A DNA stretch of 64,000 nt from Octopus sinensis (taxonomy: Eukaryota): NCBI RefSeq assembly GCF_006345805.1, contig NC_043013.1:9362001-9426000 (forward strand). Direction: 5' to 3'. The translations under genes were made by a program, and so were the position numbers. Under the pieces are notes generated by a model. It did not search any database. It saw only the letters and a list, made by a program, of their open reading frames with translations, and was not told where the DNA came from. Below are positions 10,661-23,202 of this stretch, in pieces. How positions within the stretch are numbered: the first letter of the stretch is position 1; the number at the start of each line of letters is the position of its first letter.

Positions 10661-13600
10661 CAGACACATACATACATATATATATATATGTATGTATGTA
10701 TACATACATACATTTCTGTTTGTATGTATATATATATATACACACATACATATATACTCACATACACACACACATATATATATATATATGTACATACAAA
10801 CCTACTGTATATATAATGGCACAATTTTCTCTCTTCACAGGTAGTCTATGTATCTATGTATGTGTCTAGTTAATACTCTCTCTCGCTCTCTTTATATATA
10901 TAAAATATATGTGATTATATATATGTGTGAGTAATATATATTTGCACATAAATAAATCACATACACCTATATATATATACACACACACACATACACACAT
11001 ATCTCCACATCTACAAGTATGGATCTACACACACATACACACCAACCTACATGGATGTGTGATGATGGCTGTGTACGTGTGTTATATCTTTTGATGTAGG
11101 AGTTGCATTTAATTGGAGCAGGTAACGTCTGATAGCTGTGCTACATCTTTGATGTGCGGTTTGTATTAGGCTGCGGCAGATATAACGGTGCTAACTGTAT
11201 TGCAACTTTGATGTGTGCGCGGAATACTGCGCGAGTCGATGTACACGATATGATGATAGTTGCTGTATCTTATTTGTGTAAGTTGTAATTAGCAGGAGCA
11301 GGTAGCAGGCGAGGAGAAGCACCAGTGTTCTTAATTTATGTACAACGTCTTTCTTCAAGTCACTGTCGTAGAGGACACCAGCTAGTTAATTGTAACGATG
11401 ATGTTCCAGCTTTTTGATGTGGCTGTTTTTGTTTTTGTTTGTATCGTGGACTCTGCTTAATGCAATGCTTGGCTTCCACCACGAGTCGCAGGAAGAAGTC
11501 AGCTTTGAATGAACGACTGCGGTTTTTTTTTTTTTTTTTTTGTTTTCAAATAGTTAAATTAAATATGTATATATGCAAGAATGCTCACATGTGTGTATGT
11601 ATATGTGTCTGTGCGTGTGTATATGTGTGTCTGTCTCTGTGTGTATGTGTGTAGTGTATAATTTTGGGGTCAATGTATAATGTTATATAAACCTGTCCAA
11701 CCCATGTTGTTGGCATAAAAACCTACCACAATCAATTGCCATTTCTCTTCGGAGAGTGATTTGAGCTGAGTAGTATTTTGGTATCTACCTGTCTTTCTGT
11801 TTGTCTGACTGTCTGTCAGCCTGTCTGTCTGTCAGCCTGTCTGTCTGTCTGTCAGTCTCATTTTATTTTGCCGCTGTCTTTCACATGTACAGGCTTGTCT
11901 TTTCAGGTGCCGGTGCCACTTAAAAAGCACCTGTGCCAATGTTACATTAACACACCTGTGCCAGTGCTGCGTAAACTCACCTTCGCTGGTGGCACACACA
12001 TAAAAGCACCCAGCACACCCTGGTTAGTGGTTGGCGTTAGGAAGAGCATCCAGCCATAGAAACTCTGCCGGAACAGACAGTTGGAGTCTGGACTGCTCCC
12101 TGCCAACCAGCTCCATATCAAATTGTCCAACTCATGCCAGCATGGAAAGCGAATGATGATGATACCTTCCCCCCTCTCTCTCTCTCTTTCTTTATCTTGC
12201 ATTATCATCATCATCATCATCATTGTTTAACGTCCGCTTTCCATGCTAGCATGGGTTGGACGATTTTGAGTGAGGGCTGGCGAACCAGATGGCTGCACCA
12301 GGCTCCAATCTTGATTTGGCAGAGTTTCTATAGCTGGATGCCCTTCCTAACACCAACCACTCCGAGAGTGTAGTGGGTGCTTTTTACGAGCCACCGGCAT
12401 GGCATTATTTTTGATTTTTACCTTTTAGATGACATTCCATGCCAAATTGTTATCCCGGATCTCTGCTTATTAGACTCTTGTTTCTGCCTCCCTATCTACC
12501 TATCACTCTACTCCCTTTTCCTTTCATCTCTCCATATATCCCTTCATATCTTTTTCCGCATCTTTGTTTGTCTGATTGTTGGAGCATCCCCCCAAAATAT
12601 ATGTCCTCCAGTCATGGAGAAAAACATGGATTGCTGGCATGTCTTACTGGAAATGCTGGTAATTTTGTAGGTCACTAGAAAAAGGATGATCTATATCTTT
12701 ATAATTTATCTTTTATTTGTGTCTGTCGTTTACAGACACAAGTAAACTATAAAAGATTGTGGCCATACTGGATCATTACCTTAAGAAATGTAGTTGAATA
12801 AATTGACCCCGGTATTTAATTTCTTAAAGTCTGCTGCTTTTATTTAATGTATTAGTCTCTTTTGTTGAACCACTAAGTTATGGGGACATCAACAAACCAA
12901 CACTGGTTGTCAAGCAATGGTGTGGAGGAACCCCCCACACACACGTACCTGTATATGATGGGTTTCCAAACAGTTTCCCTCTACCAAATTTACTCACTAA
13001 ATATTGGTTGTCCCAGGACTATAATAGGAGACACTTACTTACCCAAGGTGCTGTGCAGTGGAACGGAACCCAAAACCACATGGTTGAAAAGCAAACTTGT
13101 TAACAACACAGTCATTCCTTGAAAGCCATTATAATTCACTGTCCTAGTGGAACCTTGGAAATAAGTGCAGAAAATCTGCAAAGATTGGGGGGGAATTTGC
13201 ATGGATGTGACCCTTTGGATCTTAAAATGGCTGGATATAAATGGCTTAGACCAGAATAATAGATGGTGCAGGTTTAGCTGTGTGGTAAGAAGCTTGCTTC
13301 GCAACCACATGGTTCAAAGTTCAGTCCCATTGCATGGAAACTTGGGCAAGTGTCTTCTATTATAGCTTTGGGCAAACCAAAGCCTTGTGAGTGGATTTGG
13401 TAGATGGAAACTGAAAGAAGCCTTTCGTGTATATATGTGTGTGTGTGTGTCTGTGTTTGTTTTACCAACACTGCTTGACCATCGGTGTTGGTGTGCTTGT
13501 GTTCCTGTAACTTAGCAGTACAGCAAAAGAGTCTGATAGAATAAGTGCTGAGCTTAAGAAATAAGTACTGGTGTCAAGGCGATGCTCCAGCACGGCCACA

Positions 13601-14571
13601 GTCAAGTGACTGAAACAAGTGAAAGAGTAAAAGTTGGGAATGATGTTGTTGAGCACCACATTATATCCTGATCATATAAGCCTGTGATTGAAAGCATTCC
13701 TTCCATGACCATTCCATCTTTTATTTAGATACATCTGCATCTGAGACTACATTATCTAATTTATCCCTCTCCGTAAGATGGACGGGTGTGGTTTATGGGA
13801 GATTTGGCTGCTATTTCTAGTAGGTCACATAACCATGTTGAGGCTCCTCCACTGGCTTGTAAATGTTTGTTGTTGTTATTAAGGTGAGTGAAAGCTGCTA
13901 AGTGGGGAACGTAGCCTGTTTATTAATTCCTCTTTCTTTGTGTTCCTCTATGTTTATGCAAATTGCGTTTACATTGGAAAAATCTTTGGACAGTGTGTGT
14001 GTGTGTGTGTGTGTGTGCAGAGGAGATAGTGATAGAGAGAAGAAAAAAAATGTGTGTGTTAGTGTGAATAAATGAAGGGTGAGAGAGATAGCGAGAAGGG
14101 TAAAAAAAAGGTGTGTGTGTGTGAAGAGGAGAAAGAAGAAATAAAACAGGTGTGTGCATGCATGTTTATGTGTTTGTGTGCAAATGTGTGTGTACGCATA
14201 TTTGTGTGTATGTATGTGTGTAAATGTGTGTGTGCATACATGTGTTTGTGTGTGCGTGTGTGCAAATTGTATAAGTGTGCAAATTGTATGTGTATGTGTG
14301 TAAATGTGCAAATGCATGTTTGTAAATGTGTGTGTGTGTATGCATGTGTGTAAATGTGTGTGTGTATGAATGAATGTGTGTAAATGTGTGTGTATGTATG
14401 AATGTGTGTAAATGTGTGTGTGTGTGTGTATGCATGTGTATTTGTGATGCATGCAAACGTGTCTGAGAGAGAGAAAGAGAGAGAGAGAGAGTGAGAGTTG
14501 TGGTAGTTACTCTTCTGGAATTTTCTTCATCTTGTTCTTGTTGCTAATGCCATTATGAGGTTTGTTAACAG

Positions 14572-14763
14572 GATCTTAACAGTAATCCTCGTGTTAGTTC
14601 CATTGCTGCAGAAGCTGACAACTTTGCTTCTATTTTATCAAATGATGTACAAGCTGTGGCAGTAATCATTCACACCCCGTCGCTTGGTTATGGTATTACA
14701 CACCTCGTTGAAAAACCAGATTTAGTTTCAAAACGACCGGTCCTTTTGCAACCTGGTAGGTAA
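14572..14763 (+). CDS. COPZ1: Candidate COPZ alternative exon starting DLNSNPR; possible donors at 14591, 14593 and 14756, or read-through to TAA at 14761-14763
   Basis: GCTAAT branch-like motif and tttgttaacAG acceptor. Phase-0 frame stays open for 63 codons (DLNSNPRVSSIAAEADNFASILSNDVQAVAVIIHTPSLGYGITHLVEKPDLVSKRPVLLQPGR*). AATAAA overlaps the stop (14762-14767). Confidence 0.45.
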   Translation, partial: DLNSNPRVSSIAAEADNFASILSNDVQAVAVIIHTPSLGYGITHLVEKPDLVSKRPVLLQPGR

Positions 14764-15611
14764 TAAAAATCTTTCTCGCAAGGGTAGAATCTCGGCAAGT
14801 CGAGATGCCGAAAGTGATAAAGAAGATGCTTATAATGATACACAGAAAGGTATTTGCGGTTAATATGATTGCGAAGCTTAGTTTCCAGTGATTAATACAA
14901 ATCTTCGGAATTGAAAAGAAAGAAAAAAAAAGAAAGAAAAAGGAAAATAAAAAAAATAAAAGCGAGAAACAAATTCTCAGCGATGATTTTTGACTCTTCA
15001 TGGTATATCTTTTGATAACTGATATTACCTGAAAATGAACTTTGTCAGGCTGTTGATTATAGATGGAAATTGGTGATTCTTCACTTGCTGTTCTGGAATG
15101 CTGCTTCTTTAATATGATTTGTGAATTCTAGAAGTGATGGTTCAATGAAGAAAATGTCTTCTGTGTATATGTTTCACTACTTTCCCCCCTCCTCTGTCTC
15201 CTAATATCAACCTGGCAGGGAAATCAACTGCTCCTTTCAGTAATATATGAACCAATGTGTGCAGTTTGATGAAGATTGTATGGTGTATGTACAGTGTTTT
15301 GTAACATTTCCCTCTAATCTCTTAGTATCCAGTATGTGCAAAAACCTGATGTGGTGCAAAATATTTTTTTCCCTGCAAATTTAATGCACAATAAATATAA
15401 TTATTACTGTAAATTATTAATAAAAGGTGGTGAATTGGCAGCCTTTAGAGTATTGGATAGGAGGCTTTGTGGTTTTATTCTGGTTTTCTATGGCCTGAGT
15501 TCAAATCTTACTAATGCTGACTTTGCCTTTCATCCAATTTGGTGGGCTGGGGGTCAGTAAAATAAAATACCAGTCAAGTACTGAGGTCACTGATATTGAT
15601 TCATACCCCTG

Positions 15612-15972
15612 CTAAAAAAGGACCACAGAATGAACTTAATCCTCCAAACACACACCGTCATGAAAAGCAAGAGACAGCCCAAATCTATGAAAAGTCTCCT
15701 AACACAAGCTCGAAAACACTCAACAACAACACAGAAGCCATCAGTAAAAAAATGTGGAAGACCCAACTGTGGGATATACGTCAATTTAATTGAAGGATCA
15801 GAGTTCTCCTTCAAACAGGGACAATGTTTCACAGTGAAAAGCAACTTCACATGTGCTTTGAAGAACTTGATATATGCACTAACCTGCTCTGGGTGTCAAG
15901 AACAATACATAGGCCAAACAAAAAACAGTCTATGTAAAAGAATGGCTCTGCACAGATCCCAGATCAAAATAC
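15612..15972 (+). mobile_element. Penelope-like retroelement fragment (GIY-YIG endonuclease region)
   Basis: KKCGRPNC...NFTCALKNLIYALTCSGCQEQYIGQTKNSLCKRMALHRSQIK carries the IY-x10-YIGQT..L..R..H GIY-YIG signature typical of Penelope elements. Confidence 0.85.
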
Positions 15973-18157
15973 TGATGTCACTGCCATTGATTCACCCCTT
16001 CCATCCAAAATTGCTAGCCTTATCCCTTAACTGATTTCAGATTTTGGCACAAGGCTAGCAGTTTCAGAAGAGGGCGTAACTTGATTACATTGACCCCAGT
16101 GCTCAACTAGTACTTATTTTTTTTTGACCCCCAAAAGGATGAATGGCAAAGTTGACCGTAGCAGAATTTGAACATAGAATGTAAAGACAGATGAAATACT
16201 GCTAAGCATTTTGTCTGGCATGCTAACATTTATTGCCCACAAGGGGCTAAACATAGAGGGGACAAACAAGGACAAACAAAGCGATTAAGTCGATTACATT
16301 GACCCCAGTGCATAACTGGTACTTAATTTATCATCCCCAAAAGGATGAAAGGCAAAGTCGACCTCGGCGGAATTTGAACTCAGAATGTAACGGCAGACGA
16401 AATACTGTTAAACATTTCGCCTGGCATGCTAACATTTCTGCCAGCACACCACCTTACCTTGTTCCTTAATTATTAGTAATTACTGAATGTGTAAGTAAAT
16501 TTTTTATTAGTACATTATCTCAGAGAACTAACTGTTGTATGCATATTAATTTCTTTTGTGTGCCGTCTGTAAACATCATGCACATCCATATGCATATAGG
16601 GTTAGAGGAAACAGTGAAGATGTGTTTATTGTTTTCTTTTATTTCTTTGTTTCAAATGTGAAACTGGTAATGCTACCATTCCACTAAAGTTAATCATGAA
16701 CTAGAAATGCACCATACTGCAGCATTGCCAGGCCAGAAGTGCAACCCTGATGGCCATCATTTTTATCATTATGACTATCTTCATTATTATTGCATTCGGT
16801 TTTCCATGCTGTTAAGAACTGGATGAATTCATTGTTACAAGATGTAAAAGTTGTATTTTAATAACATCCGTATCTATATCATCATCATCATCATCATCGT
16901 TTAACGTCCGTTTTCCGCGCTAGCACGGGTTGGACGGTTTCGACCGGGGTCTGGGGAGATAGGGACTGCCCCAGGCTCCAGTCTAGTCTGGCAGTGTTTC
17001 TACAGCTGGATGCCCTTCCTAACGCCAACCACTCCGCGAGTGTAGTGGGTGTTTTTTACGTGCCATATATATATATATATATGACATACTGTTCTTTTTT
17101 TAGTCAGTTAGGAAAGCATTACTCATGACTTTTTACAGGACCTCTAAGGAGGATGCTATCCTTAAACTGGCAACCTAACATGGACTGAATATTTGCAACA
17201 AAGTGGATTCCTCTAAAGTTGAGGATCAAGTCTACCATGCAAGTAAGCGGTTGCTGGATTTGAGCTCAGAATGCCAAAGAGCTGGAATGAATAATGCAAG
17301 GCATCTGCTCTCTCATTCTTACAATTCTTAGACTAGTACTTTTCTATTAAGGAGAAAAGCAAAATTGACCTTGTCAGGATTTGAGCATAGAATATAAAGA
17401 GCTGAAGCAAATACTGCAATTCTTACAATTCTATCAGTCCAACAAATGGTATTTTTCTATTGACTCTGAGAGGATGAAAAACAAAGTTGACCTGGCAGAA
17501 TTCAAGCCCAGAATGCAAAGAACTAAAACAAACACTGCAAGGCATCTACCCTGGCAGTCTTATTCTACCAATCCAGCCTCTTAGATTGATACATTACTAT
17601 CACCCCTGAGAAAATTTAAGATAAAGATGGTCATGGTGGTATTTGAACTCAGACTGCGGAGAATCAGAACAAATACTATTATGCTTTCTATCCGACATCC
17701 TAACACACTCAGGCAATTTGCCACTTTTGGTGGAATGACCAACCCATAGCTTTCATATCATTTAGTTGAACGTTTATTGACAGCTTTTGCTTTTACATTA
17801 GATTTGAACTTGTTTTTGTTTTTCACTTTGAAGTATAAATTTCTTATCTGCTCTGAGAATCTGTCTAATGAATTACAACGCCAGTCGCATCATAAATCAT
17901 GTCTGATTTGCAGTTAATTTAAAACTACCCAACTATTTTCAGCTGAAATAGCTCATATCTGGAAAGTGTAGGCTTCACAGTGTGGTTAAGAAGTTCACTT
18001 TGCAACTGTGTGGTTTTGGTTTCAGTTCCACTGCTCAGTACCTTGGGTCCATGTCTTCTATTATAACCTTTGTTTGACAAATGCCTCGTGAGTGAATTTA
18101 GTAGATGGGAATTGAAAGAAACTTATGGTTTGTGTGTGTGTGCATGTGTGTGTATGC

Positions 18158-18207
<50 letters not shown>

Positions 18208-18234
18208 TATAGTGTTAACCTTGTCATGGCATTG

Positions 18235-18510
18235 GATAATAAATGTAGAGGGTTTGTTGGACACAGTGTGAGACGACTGTTGTTATCGTTAGGCCTAACT
18301 CATCGTAAAGTCAATACCACCATGACCGATATCCAATCTACAGTGGAGAAGGCTAGCCACTGGATTTGGTTAAAAAGAGATGATGCGCAATAGCTGATCT
18401 AGCAAGCGGGGCCTCATATCAGTGAGGTGGGGGCTGGTGCGCATTGATGCCATCAAGAAGTAGGCCCCGAAACGGCGCGCATTCTCTCCTGATGACCCCA
18501 TACACTTGCT
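18235..18510 (+). mobile_element. 3' end of a HERO/R2-group (RLE-type) non-LTR retrotransposon
   Basis: CRGFVGHSVRRLLLSLGL...VEKASHWIWLKR* resembles the HERO-clade C-terminus (GCRGF...AEKASxWLWxKR). Confidence 0.7.
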
Positions 18511-19860
18511 GGCCTCTGGTATGTGGAGTTTTTGACTGGTAGCAATTGCATGTGCAAGTTTGCAAGACATGTTGTAAACAAATATCACTATCATATGAAG
18601 TGGTGATGTTTGTCTGTAATCGTCCATTAAAAACATGTCCAGACAGTGTGCTGCTTATGTTTGAAGGACTAGAGGAAATATTACCTTTCTTGCAAACAGG
18701 TGACGGTTGGGTAACAGGAAGAGTATCAGGCCATTGAAAATCTGTCTCAACAAATTTTGTTTTACTCTTGCAAGCATGGAAAAATAGCTATTAAAATGAT
18801 GCTGGTGGTGGTGGTGGTGTGTGTCTTACCTCCCAACACTTGTTGGTTTGTTTACATCCTTGTAATATAGCAGTTCAGCAAAGATGAGATCTGTGGAATA
18901 AAATACCAGGCTTAGAAAAATATGTACTGGAGGTCAATTTGAGTAACTAAATCTTTCAAGATAGTACTCCAGCATGGTTGCAGTCCAATGACTAGAACAA
19001 GAATAAAAGAATAATAATTCCTAAGTGTGTATTTGATAATTCTGTTATTTAGAACCTATTGCTCTGTTGTTGTTGCTCACTCATTAATACTGATTGTAGG
19101 GGTTTTTGAATTGTGAATTCCCTCTCCTTTTTTTTTTTTTTTTTTTTTTTTTTCCTGTTTTGTACATTTATGTACATATGTTCTGGTTTTCCTGTTGTGA
19201 AGTGTCATATGCATTTTGTCAACTTGAATCAACATTTTGTACTGGGTACCAATGCTTATCTTTCCAACTAAGAGTTGAACCATCTATGGGAGCCTTTATG
19301 AAGGTGCATGGCTCAGTGGCTAGTGCATCAGGCTCATTATCATGAGGTAGTGAGTTCGATTCCCGGACTGGGCTGGGCTGGGCTGTGTGTTGTGTTCTTG
19401 GGCAACACGTTTATCAAATTCACTCGGCTGTAGAAATGAGTTGCGACGTCATTGGTACCAAGCTGTATCGATCTCTGCCTTTCCCTTGGATAACATCCAT
19501 GACAAGGAGAGGGGAGGCTGGTATGCATGGGCGACTGCTGGTCTTCCGTAAACAACCTTGTTTGGACTTGTGCCTCAGAGGGGAACTTTCTAGATGCAAT
19601 CCCATGGTCATAAATCAGTGAGCACTAGAGGAATTCCATCTATTTGTCTGTCTGTCTTTCTGTCATTCCACTTAACCATCCTTCCATTCACCCACTTTTG
19701 TGCATTTGTCCAGATATCTTTACATGCAAAAGTTGGTTGAGCATATGGACAAAAGTGGAAAAAACTTGGAAGAGCAATGGAGTGAATCAGCTTTGAATAC
19801 ATAAATAAACTTTACTACTTACATATTGAGAGCTGTCCTTTGCTACTTACACACAGCCTG

Positions 19861-19922
<62 letters not shown>

Positions 19923-20109
19923 ATGTATGAGTGTATGTATGTATATATATATATATATTATTTAATGTAATATACTGTATATATATATATATACATGCAT
20001 ACAGTGTGATATATGATATATATATATTATATATATATACATACACACACACACTCATACAATGTAATATATGATACATTACATATAAATATATATATAC
20101 ACTCACATG

Positions 20110-20153
<44 letters not shown>

Positions 20154-20468
20154 ATATATGTGTGTGTATATCTATATATATCTTTGCAAGTAGTATGACA
20201 AATAAAGAGTACTTAATACATTAAATAGAGTAAATATTTTATATTTTATTAAAAAAAAGTTGACTCTTTCCCATTACTTCACGATTAACACATTTTTCAG
20301 ATGGTGTGTGTGTGTGTGTATGTGTGTGTATATATAACACCCACACATGTATAATATAATTTATATAGTTGAATTATGAAAAAAAAAAAAAAAAAGAAGT
20401 AACGACTATAGAGTAGATGAAAGCTAAGTAAGTATTCCAGTCCATTTAAAGTACCATTATCTTTTTAG

Positions 20469-20493
20469 AATTCTCCTCTCGGTTGCTGATCAG
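20469..20493 (+). CDS. COPZ1: Candidate 25-nt COPZ alternative microexon (xILLSVADQ)
   Basis: ccattatctttttAG acceptor and consensus donor CAG|GTGAGT. Read as A ATT CTC CTC TCG GTT GCT GAT CAG, it ends in phase 0 and joins in frame to the terminal exon. Confidence 0.65.
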
Positions 20494-21108
20494 GTGAGTG
20501 TATCAGTGTGCCTGGTTCTGCTGCTGTGCTCCCTTCCAACTATTCGCATGTGTTGTCAGTAAGGCTCACACACTGCAGTTTGAGTTTCACTTCAGCAAAC
20601 AGCCGTAAACACTCTGGCTTAACAAACATTTTCCTCTTTGTTTTTTTTGTTGGTGGTTAAAACTTAATTACTAATACCAATCATTGTCTGTTTATATTAT
20701 GTGTGTGTGTGTGCGTGCATGTATGTATGATGAAGTGTTGTTTCCAACTGACAGAACTTATCTGTCACACGTTCCTTGCTGATGCACCTCCTTAAAGGGA
20801 TTTAGTTGAAGAAATCAGTCCCATGACATACTTTGTAAGCCTAGTACTTATTCTATTGATCTCTTTTGCTGAACCACTATGTTACGAGGATGTAAACACA
20901 CCAATATCAGTTGTCAAGTGATGGCGGGGTGCAAACACAGACACAAGGACTCACACGTACACTCACACACACAATGGGTTTCTTTCAGTTTCCGTCTACC
21001 AAATCCACTCACAAGGCTTTGGTTGACCTGAGGCTATAGTAGAAGACACTTGCCCAAGGTGCCATGTGGTTGGGAAGCAAGCTTCTTACCATACATCACA
21101 CCTGTGCC

Positions 21109-21159
<51 letters not shown>

Positions 21160-21166
<7 letters not shown>

Positions 21167-21355
21167 ATAATTACGAGTATAATTATAATTAGGGTTCAGC
21201 AAAGATTTGCTTTACCACATACCAAAGTTTAGAAATAGCAGCCAAGGAACCTTAGCTATTTTTTCTACTTTTGGCTGCTATTTCTAAACTTCGGTATATG
21301 GTAAAGCAAATCTTTGCAAACCCTAATTATAATTATACTCGTAATTATAAAATAT
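21160..21355. repeat. Inverted repeat (about 85-bp arms, 25-nt spacer) in (TA)n
   Basis: 21160-21245 is the reverse complement of 21271-21355 with few mismatches. Confidence 0.85.
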
Positions 21356-21452
21356 TGTTTAAGTTTACCGAAAAATGGACCTTTTTCATGCCGAATTTTA
21401 CTTGGTGGAATTATTAATTACTAGTTAATTAATTAATTTTACCCTTTATTAT

Positions 21453-21495
<43 letters not shown>

Positions 21496-22132
21496 CGTCT
21501 TTGGATTTGGTTATATATATATATATGCTAGATCAATTTGTGCGTGGTACAGCCTTCTGGCTTGCCAGCCATCAGTCAAACCGCCTAACCCATGGAAAGC
21601 GAACTTTAAACGACGATGATGATGATCTTGATCACACACACAGACACAATAACAGTTTGACTTGGCACCATCCAACTTAAAGTTTCATATACTCATTACA
21701 GGAACCTAGCTTTCCAGGTTCAGGCAGCCGAAATACATATATATTAAGGGTGGCTAGCTGGTAGAATCATTAGCAGGCCGGGTGAAATGCTTAGCGATAT
21801 TTCATCTGCTGTTACGTTGTTCTGAGTTCAAATTCCACCGAGGTTGACTTTGCCTTTCATCCTTTCGGGGTCGGTTAATTAAGTACCAGTTATGCACTGA
21901 GTTCGATGTAATCGACTTAATCCCTCCGTCTGTCTTTGTTTGCCTCCTCTATGTCTAGGCCCCCTGTGAGCAATAAATAAATAAATAAATAAATATATAT
22001 ATATATATATATATACACTCTATGTAAAGATATCAGTGTATACATATGAGCTGTGCAATGCCTTGTGGGTGTATTTTGTAGATTGAAACTGAGTGACTTT
22101 CGTAGGTAGTGCCACTGTATGTGTGTGTGTGT

Positions 22133-22462
22133 ACATGGCTCAGTGGTTAGAGCATTGAGCTTATGATTGTGAGGTTGTGAGTTCGAATCCCGGACCGGGC
22201 TGCATGTTGTGTTCTTGAGCAAGACACTTTATTTCACGTTGCTCCAGTTTACTCAGCTGTAGAAATGAGTTGCAACATTACAGGTGCCAAGCTATATCAG
22301 CCTTTGCCTTTCCCTTGGATAACACAAGTGGCATGGAGAGAGGAAGCTGGTATGCATGGGCGACTGCTGATCATTCCATAAACAACCTTGCCCGGACTTG
22401 TGCCTTGGAGGGTAGCTTTCTAGGTGTAATCCCATGGTCTGTGTCGTAACCGAAGGGGGTCT
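22133..22462 (+). mobile_element. SINE family C (tRNA head plus conserved gtgttcttgagcaagacacttt central domain)
   Basis: A box tggctcagtgg and B box gagttcgaatcc. Related copies at 19303-19630 and 37153-37410. Confidence 0.8.
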
Positions 22463-23152
22463 CAGATATATATATACACACACATACATATACATATATA
22501 CACAACCAATAACACACAACATCCATGCACTCATACATCTGGTATACACAACCATACACTCACTGGCTTCGTTTCTGTCAGTTTCCAAATGCCCACAAAG
22601 ATCACTTGACACCAAGGTGCCACTAGCTTCCTGTCCAGCCATGCAGACAAAGAAATTCTCCTTTCTAATGCATCTGGAGTTGCTGAAATGCCTATCTCAC
22701 TTATAACGACAACATGTAACCTGTCTTGACCGATAGCTGCCTGTTTTCCTGCAGCCGTCATGGACTTCCTCTGTTTATTCATTCAGTAATCTGAAGTGGG
22801 TTTTCATTAGAAGCCTGCGAAACTTTATGTTGCATGGAGCTGAATCAAACTGTTTTAAATAATATGTTAACTCTTACTAAGTGTGTTGAGTGCCTTTTTC
22901 TTTTCTTTTCTTTCCTTTTGTTTGTCCACATGTGTGTGTGTGTGTGTATAAATACACACAACACAAACACACACACACACACACACACACATATTAGCAA
23001 TATAAGCAGTCTTTGCAATGAATATTAATTTGCACATCGAAGTTAAGTTGGATGTTCAAATTTATATTATGTTATTATTATTATTATATATATATATAAT
23101 TCATCATATATATATATATATATGATATATATATATATATATGTGTGTGATA

Positions 23153-23202
<50 letters not shown>

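Noticed and set aside
20301-20303. 3-nt microexon ATG (tttttcAG-ATG-GTGTGT)
   Set aside because: The apparent donor is the start of a (TG)n microsatellite.
20412-20468. GTAAGT at 20428 as a donor of another exon
   Set aside because: Would leave a 41-nt intron and has no pyrimidine tract upstream; GCTAAG is more likely the branch region of the 20469 exon.
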